A stretch of DNA of 29,184 nucleotides from Candidatus Fervidifonticultor secundus (GCA_031459385.1 JAVKIP010000027.1:1-29184), one strand, 5' to 3'; counted from the stretch's first letter, positions 9,107 to 20,127 are shown. A program made the numbers and translations. The notes: generated by a model not told the origin, from the sequence alone.

Positions 9107-9134
9107 ATTGTAACAGGCCCGGGTCGACCGTCAA
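9107..9134 (-). promoter_or_regulatory. sigmaA-type promoter of rpoZ
   Basis: TTGACG-16 nt-TACAAT with extended -10 TG. Confidence 0.75.
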
Positions 9135-9179
9135 CAGCGCCTGGGGCGGTGCAAGACCGGGCAATACCTCAGGGGAGCC

Positions 9180-10007
9180 ATGACCCGCCGTGCCCACGCG
9201 CAGCGTCCCGGGCCGCAGTTCGAGGCCCTCAGGCTGAAGGTGACCCTGCGGCTGCTGGCCCTGGGCGCGGTCGCCATCGCGGCCGGCGGCGCGCGGCTGC
9301 TCGTCCGCAACGCCGGCTCGCCTCTGCACCGCGCGAGCCTGGCCGCCCTGGCCGCCGGACTGCTGGGCTGCGCCGTCCTGGGTCTCGTCCTGCGGCGAGA
9401 AGCGCTGGCGCGCCTGGGGGCCAGCGCGCTGGTGGTCACCTACCTGACGGTGAGTTTCGCACGCATCCTGCTACTGCCCGGCGAGCCGGTCCCGGAGGAG
9501 ATCGGCGGTGCCGCGGTCTGGCTCACCGTCATCCTCACTGTTGTCTGGTTGCTCTCCTACCCCCGGGCCGGCGTGCGCCCGGTGCTACTGGCCTATCTGC
9601 TGGCCATGGCGCCCGTCGCGGTGTTCGGCGGGCTCGCCGCGGCCCGCGGGATGCTCGGGGCCGCCGCAGGCCGGCTCGGCGTGCTCGCGCAGACCGCGGT
9701 GGCGGGGCTGGCGATGCTCGTGCTCGTCCGCAGCGCAGAGGAGGTCGTCGAAGGGTACGTCCGCGCGTGGGCCCGGGCCGAGACGATGGAGCAACTGGCG
9801 TCGACCGACGCGCTCACAGGCGTGCCCAACCGCCGCTACCTGTTCCAGGAACTGGCCCGCGAGATCGCCCTGGCCGGGCGGCACGCACGGACCCTGTCGG
9901 TTATCATGTTCGACCTGGACACGCCCGAGGCGCTGCTCGCACGCGCGGACCGGGCCCTCTACGAGGCCAAAGCCGCCGGCCGGAACCGCGTGGCGCTGGC
10001 CGCGTAG
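9180..10007 (+). CDS. Membrane protein with internally deleted, non-catalytic GGDEF domain (possible pseudogene)
   Basis: Several TM segments, then ASTDALTGVPNRR...LSVIMFDLD joined directly to TPEALLARADRALYEAKAAGRNRV. The FK-x-x-ND-xx-GH and GG(D/E)EF segments are absent. Confidence 0.85.
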   Translation: MTRRAHAQRPGPQFEALRLKVTLRLLALGAVAIAAGGARLLVRNAGSPLHRASLAALAAGLLGCAVLGLVLRREALARLGASALVVTYLTVSFARILLLPGEPVPEEIGGAAVWLTVILTVVWLLSYPRAGVRPVLLAYLLAMAPVAVFGGLAAARGMLGAAAGRLGVLAQTAVAGLAMLVLVRSAEEVVEGYVRAWARAETMEQLASTDALTGVPNRRYLFQELAREIALAGRHARTLSVIMFDLDTPEALLARADRALYEAKAAGRNRVALAA

Positions 10008-10011
10008 GGAT

Positions 10012-10962
10012 CTACAGCCAGCTCTTCAGGCGCGCCAGGTCCACGTTCCCGCCCGACAGGACGACGACGACGGGCGCGCCGTCGGCGCGCACCCGCCCGG
10101 CCAGGAGGGCCGCCAGCCCGGCCGCGCCCGCGGGCTCGACTACCAGCTTGCCGCGTTCCAGCAGCAGGCGCATCGCGGTCACGATCTCGTCGTCGCTGAC
10201 CTCGACGACCTCGTCCACGAGCTGGCGGACGATCTCCAGGGTGCGGGCACTCACGGCCGGCGCCCCCAGACCGTCGGCGATGGACGCCGGCGTAACCGTC
10301 ACAGGCCGGCCCGCCGCCAGGGCCTGGCCCATGGCGTTGGAGCGTTCGGCTTCGACACCTACGATGCGCGCCCGCACCCCGACGCCGCGCAGGGCCACTG
10401 CGATGCCGCTGATCAACCCCCCACCGCCGATAGGTACCAGCACCAGGCCCGCGTCAGGCGCGCCCTCGGCGATCTCCAGGCCCACGGTCCCCTGGCCCGC
10501 GATCACGTCCGGGTGGTCAAAGGGATGCACCGGCACCAGCCCGCGCTCCCGCACGAGCGCCTCGTAGTGCGCAAAGGCCTCGGCGACCGTCCCGTGCAGA
10601 ATCACCTCGGCACCGTACGTCCGGCATGCGGCCACCTTGCTCTGTGCCGCGGCGGCCGGCATCACGACCACGCAGCGCAGGCCCTCGGGCTGCGCCGCGT
10701 ACGCCACCGCCTGGGCGTGGTTGCCGGCGGAGATGGTCACGATGCCGCGCGCACGGGCATCCGGCGCCAGGCAGCGCACGGCGTTGGTGGCGCCGCGCGC
10801 CTTGAACGAGCCGGTCTTCTGGAGGTTCTCGGCCTTCAGCCAGACGGGCGCGCCGAACCGCTGCGAGAGCGTGGCCGATCGCCACAACGGCGTGCGGTGC
10901 ACGCGGTCGGCGATCCGTGCGGCGGCGGCGCGCACGTCGTCCAGCGTGACACCCTGGCTCAC
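10012..10962 (-). CDS. PLP-dependent threonine/serine dehydratase-family enzyme, no ACT domain
   Basis: HRTPL, LKAENLQKTGSFKARGA (PLP lysine), SAGNHAQ, HPFD, GQGT, PIGGGGL, EPAGAA and SGGNVD. Confidence 0.92.
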   Translation of the reverse strand: MSQGVTLDDVRAAAARIADRVHRTPLWRSATLSQRFGAPVWLKAENLQKTGSFKARGATNAVRCLAPDARARGIVTISAGNHAQAVAYAAQPEGLRCVVVMPAAAAQSKVAACRTYGAEVILHGTVAEAFAHYEALVRERGLVPVHPFDHPDVIAGQGTVGLEIAEGAPDAGLVLVPIGGGGLISGIAVALRGVGVRARIVGVEAERSNAMGQALAAGRPVTVTPASIADGLGAPAVSARTLEIVRQLVDEVVEVSDDEIVTAMRLLLERGKLVVEPAGAAGLAALLAGRVRADGAPVVVVLSGGNVDLARLKSWL

Positions 10963-10966
10963 CGCG

Positions 10967-12112
10967 TCAGAACCACGCCTCCAGCCGGGTCGCCTCGAAT
11001 GCCCGCTTCTCCTCCAGGGTCTGGGGACTGGGGTCGGCGATGTCAACGACCGGCTGCGGCGCGGCGAAGAAGTCGCCGCGCACGGCCGTGGCCAGACCAT
11101 CGCCCACCTCGATGAAGCAATAGCCGCGACCGTCGAAGCCCGCCCCACCGGTACTGCCGGTCAGTTCGTCGGCGATCGCGTCGGCAGCCACGAGCCCCTG
11201 GGCCTCGGCGAAGACGCCGGCCTTGGGTAGCATCATGCCGTTGGGCAGCGGGAACTCTGCGACGTCGCCTACGGCAAACACCCGGTCGGCCGGGGTGCGG
11301 CACGTGCCCGGGTCGGGCCGGATCCACTCGCCCGTAGCCAGCCCGGCCGCCTTGACCACGGCTGGCCCCCGGTGCGGCGGGATGCCGATGAAAACGTCGT
11401 ACCGACGGCGTTCGCGCTCGAACACCACGGTCTGGCCCTCCACGCCTGCCACGCGGCGCCCGGGCAGGAACCCGATTCGCTTGGCCGCCAGGCGCCCCTC
11501 CACCTCGGCGCAGACCGCCGCGCCCGCGACCGGCAGCGACGAGGGCTGCGGCGTGAACACCTCCAGCTCCACCCGGTCGCGCACGCCGCGGCGGCGCAGA
11601 ACCTCGTCGATCAGGAAGGCCGCCTCGTAGGGCGCGGGCGGGCACTTGTACGGGACGTCGAGGATGCCGATACCGATGCGCCCTTCCTCGATGGAGGCCA
11701 CCCGCGCGGCGATCGCCTCGGCCTGGTCGGGATCGTAGAGGTTCGACCCCACCGGATCGTACCCGGCGACCAGGTCCGGCCGCAGCTCGGCGCCCAGGGC
11801 CACCACCAGGGCGTCGTAGGGCCACTCCCCGGACGCGCGGGTGACGACCGTCCGACGCTCGAGGTCGATGGCGGTCACGTCGTCTTGGACGTAGCGGATG
11901 CCCCTGGCGGCCAGCCGGCTCAGCGGGCGCGTTCCCTCGGCCCGCGCGCCGAGGCCCGCGACCACCGCGAGGATGCGCAGCCCCATCATGAAGGTGCTCC
12001 GGCGGTCGATCACCGTGACCTCCGCGTCGCGGCGAAGCCGCGCACGCAACCGGTGCGCGGCCGCCACGCCGCCGAACCCTCCTCCCAGCACCACACAGCG
12101 AGTAGTAGCCAC
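10967..12112 (-). CDS. FAD-dependent oxidoreductase, sulfide:quinone oxidoreductase-like
   Basis: VVLGGGFGG Rossmann motif, YKCPPAPYE, VFAVGDV, LPKAGVFAE and GYCFIEVG. Confidence 0.85.
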   Translation of the reverse strand: MATTRCVVLGGGFGGVAAAHRLRARLRRDAEVTVIDRRSTFMMGLRILAVVAGLGARAEGTRPLSRLAARGIRYVQDDVTAIDLERRTVVTRASGEWPYDALVVALGAELRPDLVAGYDPVGSNLYDPDQAEAIAARVASIEEGRIGIGILDVPYKCPPAPYEAAFLIDEVLRRRGVRDRVELEVFTPQPSSLPVAGAAVCAEVEGRLAAKRIGFLPGRRVAGVEGQTVVFERERRRYDVFIGIPPHRGPAVVKAAGLATGEWIRPDPGTCRTPADRVFAVGDVAEFPLPNGMMLPKAGVFAEAQGLVAADAIADELTGSTGGAGFDGRGYCFIEVGDGLATAVRGDFFAAPQPVVDIADPSPQTLEEKRAFEATRLEAWF

Positions 12113-12211
12113 CGGACCCCTCCGCGACGAATGCGCCCTCTATCTTACACCAGGACTGCACCCGCCGGGCGCGAAACCCAGCCACCACGCCGTCTCGCCG
12201 GAGGAGCCGAC

Positions 12212-12664
12212 GTGACCACGCGCGCCACCACCGACGCCAGCGACGGCCGCGCTCCCGGCAGCGCGTGCCGCCCGTCCGGCGGTGCCCGCCGGGCGGCACG
12301 GCGGCTGGCCGCGCTCGCGTGTGCGGCGCTCGCGGCCGCGGGGTGCCTGGCACTGGCACCCCTGCGGCCCGACGTGCCGCCAGACCGGTTCCGGGAGCGC
12401 ACGGTCCTCATCGCAGTCGACGGGACGCCCGGACTTCCCTTCGAGGGGGCGTACGGCACGGCGTCAGCCACGCAGTCGGCCCGCGGCGTCGTGCCCGCGC
12501 GGTTCGAGCTGAAGTCGGCGGTGGCCGTCGTGGCCACGTTCACCAAAGCCGCCGCCGACGGCGAGCTGGTCGTCCGGATCGTGGTAGACGGCCAGGAGGT
12601 GGCACGCCGCCAGACCTCGCGACCGTTCGGCACCGTCGCGATCTCGCAGATGCTGTCGCGCTGA
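12212..12664 (+). CDS. Hypothetical lipoprotein
   Basis: SD GAGGAG before GTG 12212. Basic then hydrophobic signal ending LAAAGC. Small beta-rich mature domain (ELVVRIVVDGQEV). Confidence 0.7.
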   Translation: MTTRATTDASDGRAPGSACRPSGGARRAARRLAALACAALAAAGCLALAPLRPDVPPDRFRERTVLIAVDGTPGLPFEGAYGTASATQSARGVVPARFELKSAVAVVATFTKAAADGELVVRIVVDGQEVARRQTSRPFGTVAISQMLSR

Positions 12665-12732
12665 CCGACCCGACCGCCACCGGCGGGCTCCACGACGCCC
12701 GGTCGCGCGACCGGCGCCGCGCGATCCGCCGC

Positions 12733-14037
12733 CTACCAGCGCACGAGGCCGTAACCGGCACGGGACCAGGTAACGCGTGTGCCTAGCGGCCGGCACAGGC
12801 GGTCCATGCGCGCAACGATGGCCCGCGCCAGCCGGCCGCGGGCGAGCACGGGGCGGCCGCGCCGCGGCCGCGGCCGCCCAAAGCCTAGCTCGACCGGATA
12901 CAGCCGGATCTCCCGCAGCTGCCCCCGCGCGATCTCCCACCACGCGACCACGGTCTCCCAGTATGCGGGGTCGGCGGCGAACCCGCCCTTCCCGCGGCTG
13001 TTGCGCCGGTCGAAGCCGTCGGCGGGCGTCGCCAGCAGCGGGTCGAGGCCAAGGCGCTCGTAGAAGTCGGCGGGCAGGCCCTGGGCCTCCTCGTTCTGGA
13101 AGATGAAGTTGCCCAGGCTGTAGAAGATGGGCCGCCCCCGGTACACCTCGATCCCACGCAGCCGGTGCGGCCCGTGGCCGATCACCGCATCGCAGCCGGC
13201 CTCGATGCACCGCCGGCAGAACTCGCGATGGAAGGTGGGTACCGCATCCGGGTCGCCGCCGGCCATGTCGTGGGCGTGGAAGGAGAGCAGCACGGTGTCG
13301 GCCTGGCGGCGCGCCTCGCGCACCTGCCGGAGAATCTCGTCCACGTCGCGCTGGTTCACCTCCCAGGCGTCGCCGGCGCGGCGGCCTTCCCGGAACTTCA
13401 CCGCGCCAATGGACAGTACGCCGTCAGGGTCCGGCGCCCGGAACCCCAGGGCCACCTCGTAGCGGCGGACCTGTTCGACCTTCGTGCGCGCGACCAGCGC
13501 GCGCAGCTGCACCATGACCCGCGACGGGACCACCGCGTACTCCTCGTAGCGCAGGCAGTTGGCCCCCGGGCGGCCGGGGCTATCGTCCCGGCGCAGGCCG
13601 GCGCGGTAACCGGCGCCCTGCGTGGCGGTGGTGACGGCCAGCAGGGCGATCTTGCCGGCGGGCACGTCGGCATAGGCGGGCAGCCGGGCCTCGGCCAGGT
13701 CCCGCCCCGCCCCCGCGTGACAGACGCCGGCGGCGTCGCAGACCCGAGTCGTCTCCATGACGCCTTCCGGCCCCCAGTCACCGGCGTGGTTGTTCGCCCT
13801 GGCGAAGAGGTTGAACCCCATGGCGACCAGGTCGTGCAGGCACCCCGCCGGAGAGGTCAGGTACGTGCCGCTCCAGCCCGCGGCCGGAGCGCCCAGCCCG
13901 TTGGTGAGCGAAGTCTCCAGGTTCGTAAAGCACGCATCCGCAGACCGCAGGACCGCCAGAAGGGCGTCGTATCCCGCCCCTCCCCAGCGCGTGACCCGCC
14001 GCGTGATCAGCGCATCGCCCGTCGCCGCGTAGCGCAC
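12733..14037 (-). CDS. CapA/PgsA-family metallophosphoesterase-fold protein
   Basis: ATGD, NLET, ANNHAGDWG, HAGAG, SFHAH and VIGHGPHRLRGIEVYRGRPIFYSLGNFIF. SD GGAGGAGG. Confidence 0.9.
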   Translation of the reverse strand: MRYAATGDALITRRVTRWGGAGYDALLAVLRSADACFTNLETSLTNGLGAPAAGWSGTYLTSPAGCLHDLVAMGFNLFARANNHAGDWGPEGVMETTRVCDAAGVCHAGAGRDLAEARLPAYADVPAGKIALLAVTTATQGAGYRAGLRRDDSPGRPGANCLRYEEYAVVPSRVMVQLRALVARTKVEQVRRYEVALGFRAPDPDGVLSIGAVKFREGRRAGDAWEVNQRDVDEILRQVREARRQADTVLLSFHAHDMAGGDPDAVPTFHREFCRRCIEAGCDAVIGHGPHRLRGIEVYRGRPIFYSLGNFIFQNEEAQGLPADFYERLGLDPLLATPADGFDRRNSRGKGGFAADPAYWETVVAWWEIARGQLREIRLYPVELGFGRPRPRRGRPVLARGRLARAIVARMDRLCRPLGTRVTWSRAGYGLVRW

Positions 14038-14250
14038 GGCGTTCCTCCTCCTTCCGTGCCGGTGTGCTCACCACGCCAGTTCCCGGGGCCGCCGGCACGC
14101 CCAGGTGCCGCGCCAGGGCGGCTCGGGACACCTGCACGACGGTACCCGTTGCCGTATCGGCAAGCCAGAGGTGGACCGTACCTTGGACGGCGCGGGACGG
14201 CGCGCGTGGGCTCCGCTGGAAGAGGGTTTGGGACGCCCGCGGGAATTCCT

Positions 14251-15924
14251 TCAGCGGTCTCCGCCCCGCGGGCGGACGCGCGGGAGGCGGACAAACGCGT
14301 GCGGTTCGGGCATCTCGCCCACCGGGACTTCCACCACCGTCGGCTCGTCCCGCTCGAATGCCGCACGCAGGATGGCGGTGAGCGCGGCCGGCGACGTCGC
14401 CCGCTGCCCGCGGGCGCCGAACGTCTCGGCCAGGCGCACGAAATCAGGGTTGTGCAGCCGCGTGGCGATGACGCGACCGCCGTAGAGCTCCTGCTGCATC
14501 CGGAGCACGTTGCCATACGCGCCGTCGTTGAACACCACCGCCACCACGCCGATCCGGTGCTGGACTGCCGTGGCCAGCTCTGCGGCCGTGAACAGGAAGC
14601 CGCCATCGCCCGAGATGGAGAGGACCGCGCGGTCGGGCAGCGCTACCTTGGCGCCGAGGGCGGTGGCGAAGCCATAGCCGAGCGTGCCCTGGTAGCCCGG
14701 GGTGATGTAGGTACGCGGCCGGTACACGGGAAACGCGTACCGCGCCATGTAGCCCACCTGGGTCATCTCGTCGACGAAGACGCCGTCGTCGGGCAACGCC
14801 GCACGCATCGCCTGCAGGAACCCGTACTGGGGCTGCACCTGGCTCATGGCCTGCTCGACATCGGCCTTCAGGGCCCGCAGGGCCGCCTCGCGCGAGGCCC
14901 GCACGGGGCTGTGCGCGGCCAGGGCCTGGGACAGGGCGGCCAGCGCCTGGCGCGCGTCGGCCACGATGCCGACGGCAGGTGGGTGGATCCGGGAGATCTC
15001 AAGAGGGTCGATGTCGATCCGGATCAGCGTGAGCCCATCGTCGACGCCCCACTGCGTCAGCGGCCGCAGCAGCCGCGTCCCGACGGCCAGTACCACATCG
15101 GCATCGGCCCACAGCCGCCAGCCGGCTGGCCCGGTCAGCGCCAGGTAGTGGCGGTCGCTCACTGCGCCACGCCCGTGCATGCCCGCCACCACGGGCGCCT
15201 GCAGCGCCTCGGCGACAGCCAGAAGTGCGTCCCCGGCGTCGTCGACACCGCTGCCTACCATAATGAGGGGGCGCTCCGCGCGCGCCAGCAACGCTGCGGC
15301 CCGGGCGACCGCTTCGGGATCGGGCGCGGGGGCTGCGGGCGCCGCGGCTGGGTCCCGCAGCGTCACCGGGGCCTGGTCGGCCAGCACGTCGGTGGGAATC
15401 TCCAGCGCCACCGGCCGTGGCCGGCCCGCGCACAGCTGCTGGAACGCCTCGGCTACGAGGTCGGGCAGCAGCGCCGGATGCTCGACCCGTGCCGCCCACT
15501 TGGTCAGCCCGCGCAGGATCGCCAGCTGGTCCGGCAGTTCGTGCAGGACGCCCAGCCCCCGGCCGATCTGCGCCGAGGGGATCTGCCCGGCGATGCAGAG
15601 GACGCGCGCATGCGCCGCATAGGCGGTGGCGAGCGCCGCCGTGGCGTTCAGGACGCCGGGGCCGGGCACGACCGCGAAGACCCCGGGGCGGCCGGTGGCC
15701 CGAGCGTACCCGAGAGCCATGTAGGCTGCGCCCTGCTCGTGCCGCGTGTGGACGACGCGGATGGCGCCGGCGGCATCGTAGAGGGCGTTGAACAACGCGT
15801 CGTTCTGCACGCCGGGGATGGCGAACAGCTCGGTAACCCCGTGCCGGCGCAGCATCTCCACCAGGGCGCGTCCGCCGGTCATGCGGGTGGCCACCGCCGG
15901 GTCTGCCGCGCGGTCGGAGGTCAC
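14251..15924 (-). CDS. Thiamine-pyrophosphate-dependent enzyme, acetolactate synthase large-subunit-like; start may be ATG 15882
   Basis: MTGGRALVEML, RHEQGAAYMALGYAR, VVPGPG, GTLGYG and the TPP motif GDGGF...VFNDGAYGNV. Confidence 0.9.
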   Translation of the reverse strand: MTSDRAADPAVATRMTGGRALVEMLRRHGVTELFAIPGVQNDALFNALYDAAGAIRVVHTRHEQGAAYMALGYARATGRPGVFAVVPGPGVLNATAALATAYAAHARVLCIAGQIPSAQIGRGLGVLHELPDQLAILRGLTKWAARVEHPALLPDLVAEAFQQLCAGRPRPVALEIPTDVLADQAPVTLRDPAAAPAAPAPDPEAVARAAALLARAERPLIMVGSGVDDAGDALLAVAEALQAPVVAGMHGRGAVSDRHYLALTGPAGWRLWADADVVLAVGTRLLRPLTQWGVDDGLTLIRIDIDPLEISRIHPPAVGIVADARQALAALSQALAAHSPVRASREAALRALKADVEQAMSQVQPQYGFLQAMRAALPDDGVFVDEMTQVGYMARYAFPVYRPRTYITPGYQGTLGYGFATALGAKVALPDRAVLSISGDGGFLFTAAELATAVQHRIGVVAVVFNDGAYGNVLRMQQELYGGRVIATRLHNPDFVRLAETFGARGQRATSPAALTAILRAAFERDEPTVVEVPVGEMPEPHAFVRLPRVRPRGGDR

Positions 15925-16027
15925 AGTGCAGCTCCCGGGAACATGGGCGCATCGCAGTTCGCGGTGGGCGGAGCCGGAGTCCTCCCGCCCGACGGCCCGC
16001 AGGGTGTCCGCGCTCCTCCCCAGAACG

Positions 16028-16059
16028 CGTCGAGGGGAGGTGTGCGCCTCCCCCCGACG
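16028..16059 (-). terminator. GC-rich hairpin after 5S rRNA, possible terminator
   Basis: CGTCGGGGGAGG-cgcaca-CCTCCCCTCGACG. The U-tract is weak. Confidence 0.45.
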
Positions 16060-16063
16060 GTTA

Positions 16064-16183
16064 CTCCCGGCAGCGACCTACTCTCCCGCGCCGTTGCCAG
16101 CGCAGTACCATCGGCCCTGGAGGGCTTAACGACCGTGTTCGGAATGGGAACGGGTGTGGCCCCTCCGGCATAGCCACCGGGAA
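16064..16183 (-). rRNA. rrf: 5S rRNA
   Basis: Minus strand TTCCCGGTGGCTATGCCGGAGGGGCCACACCCGTTCCCATTCCGAACACGG...GATGGTACT...GGGAGAGTAGGTCGCTGCCGGGA. Ends approximate. Confidence 0.97.
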
Positions 16184-16332
16184 TGGACGGCCGATGACCG
16201 GCCGCGACGAAGTCCTGTGCACCGGTCTGAGAGTCGGACTACTGCACCCTCGCAGGGTAGGCTCTCGATCAACGAGCCCCCAGACCGGTCACATAGCGGT
16301 GTTGCAGGCTCCATACAGCTGCCCCTAGAGCA

Positions 16333-19388
<3,056 letters not shown>

Positions 19389-19390
<2 letters not shown>

Positions 19391-19427
19391 CCCGCCCTAG
19401 GAGCAGCTGTACAGAGCCTGACAACAC
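19389..19427 (-). other. 5' arm of the 23S processing stem; pairs with 16299-16336
   Basis: GTGTTGTCAGGCTCTGTACAGCTGCTCCTAGGGCGGG is complementary to CCTGCTCTAGGGGCAGCTGTATGGAGCCTGCAACAC downstream of the 23S. Confidence 0.85.
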
Positions 19428-19480
19428 ATCGTCGTCCCGCCGATCGGATCGATCCGCGGGTCGAGATGTCTTCGTCCGTC

Positions 19481-19497
19481 TTCACTTGTCAAGGTCC
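19481..19497 (-). promoter_or_regulatory. boxA-like rRNA antitermination element
   Basis: GGACCTTGACAAGTGAA, about 90 nt upstream of the mature 23S, resembles the CYTTGAAAACTGAA-type boxA of Terrabacteria rRNA leaders and spacers. Confidence 0.55.
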
Positions 19498-19571
19498 GCC
19501 CCGTCGTCTACACGACGCCGGGTCCCGCCGGGATCGCCGGCCAGGACATCGAGGCATAATGGCCGTGACAC

Positions 19572-19600
19572 AAAAAAGAGGGGATGAGCGAAATCCCCTC
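19572..19600 (-). terminator. Intrinsic terminator inside the 23S-5S leader (attenuator 3:4 hairpin)
   Basis: GAGGGGAT-ttcgctc-ATCCCCTC-TTTTTT: perfect 8-bp stem and 6 U. Confidence 0.85.
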
Positions 19601-19632
19601 CGGGACTGCTCACCGAGCAACCGCCTATGAGG

Positions 19633-19668
19633 TTATCCGGTCGACACCGTCACCCTCGGCAGCAGCAC
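19633..19668 (-). CDS. Putative leader peptide MLLPRVTVSTG in the 23S leader
   Basis: SD GGGAGGG (19674-19680) 5 nt before GTG CTG CTG CCG AGG GTG ACG GTG TCG ACC GGA TAA. Overlaps the 5' arm of the anti-antiterminator. Confidence 0.6.
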   Translation of the reverse strand: MLLPRVTVSTG

Positions 19669-19699
19669 CCAATCCCTCCCTGTGTCCGAGCCACACCTC

Positions 19700-19727
19700 A
19701 TTATAGAGGGGACCTCGGGCTTGTCAA
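19700..19727 (-). promoter_or_regulatory. Consensus sigmaA promoter of the 23S-5S unit
   Basis: TTGACA-16 nt-TATAAT. A 16-nt spacer is typical of rRNA promoters. Confidence 0.9.
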
Positions 19728-19827
19728 CCCTCGTCCCGGCCGGCGTGGGACTCGTCGGGTCAAAGCTCCCCACCCCCGGCCGGTGTGTGCCACCGCCGCG
19801 CGGCGCTGGCGCGCCCGGCCCCGTTGC

Positions 19828-19854
19828 ATTCCGGCGCGCTATACGCGCCGGAAT
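19828..19854 (-). terminator. Perfect 11-bp hairpin at the end of the Lrp/AsnC gene (possible terminator or stabiliser)
   Basis: ATTCCGGCGCG-5 nt-CGCGCCGGAAT, without a U-tract. Confidence 0.4.
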
Positions 19855-20081
19855 CACACCACCAGACAGGTCAGGGTGTCGGCGACTCCCGGTGTCCGCT
19901 GGATGCGGGAGATGACCGTATCGCCCAGGGCGGCCATGTCGCCGGCCTCGGTGAAACAGACGATATCGTAGGGCCCGGTCACCACGTGTACCTCCCGCAC
20001 GCCCTTGATCTTCCGCAGGGCGATGGCCGCCTTGCGTGCCTGACCCGGATGCGCCTTGAGCAGCACGACCGCTGAGACCAC
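19854..20081 (-). CDS. Lrp/AsnC ligand-binding-domain-only protein
   Basis: IKGVREVHVVTGPYDIV...IQRTPGVADTLTCLVV. SD GGAGGTGA. No HTH. Confidence 0.9.
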   Translation of the reverse strand: MVSAVVLLKAHPGQARKAAIALRKIKGVREVHVVTGPYDIVCFTEAGDMAALGDTVISRIQRTPGVADTLTCLVV

Positions 20082-20127
20082 CGCCGCTCACCTCCCGCCA
20101 TGCCTGGAAACGCGCTCGGACAAGCCG

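Noticed and set aside
14040..14250. Riboswitch in the 210-nt region upstream of the CapA gene
   Set aside because: Only small hairpins such as TTGCCG-ata-CGGCAA. No recognisable aptamer or terminator.
13165..16173. Long plus-strand ORFs (1002 aa here; also 920 aa at 23492-26254, 751 aa at 3712-5967 and others)
   Set aside because: Antisense shadows of real minus-strand genes, expected in high-GC DNA, with no recognisable motifs.
19487..19492. TTGACA downstream of the leader terminator as a second 23S promoter
   Set aside because: No -10-like hexamer 16-18 nt downstream, and the context fits boxA better. A non-sigmaA promoter cannot be excluded without TSS data.
19600..19695. Leader hairpin as SRP RNA, 6S RNA, T-box or a known riboswitch
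   Set aside because: Lacks the SRP GGAA/AGCAG domain IV motif, the T-box GGTGGNACC and recognisable aptamer consensus, and is too short for 6S. An Rfam search is still needed.
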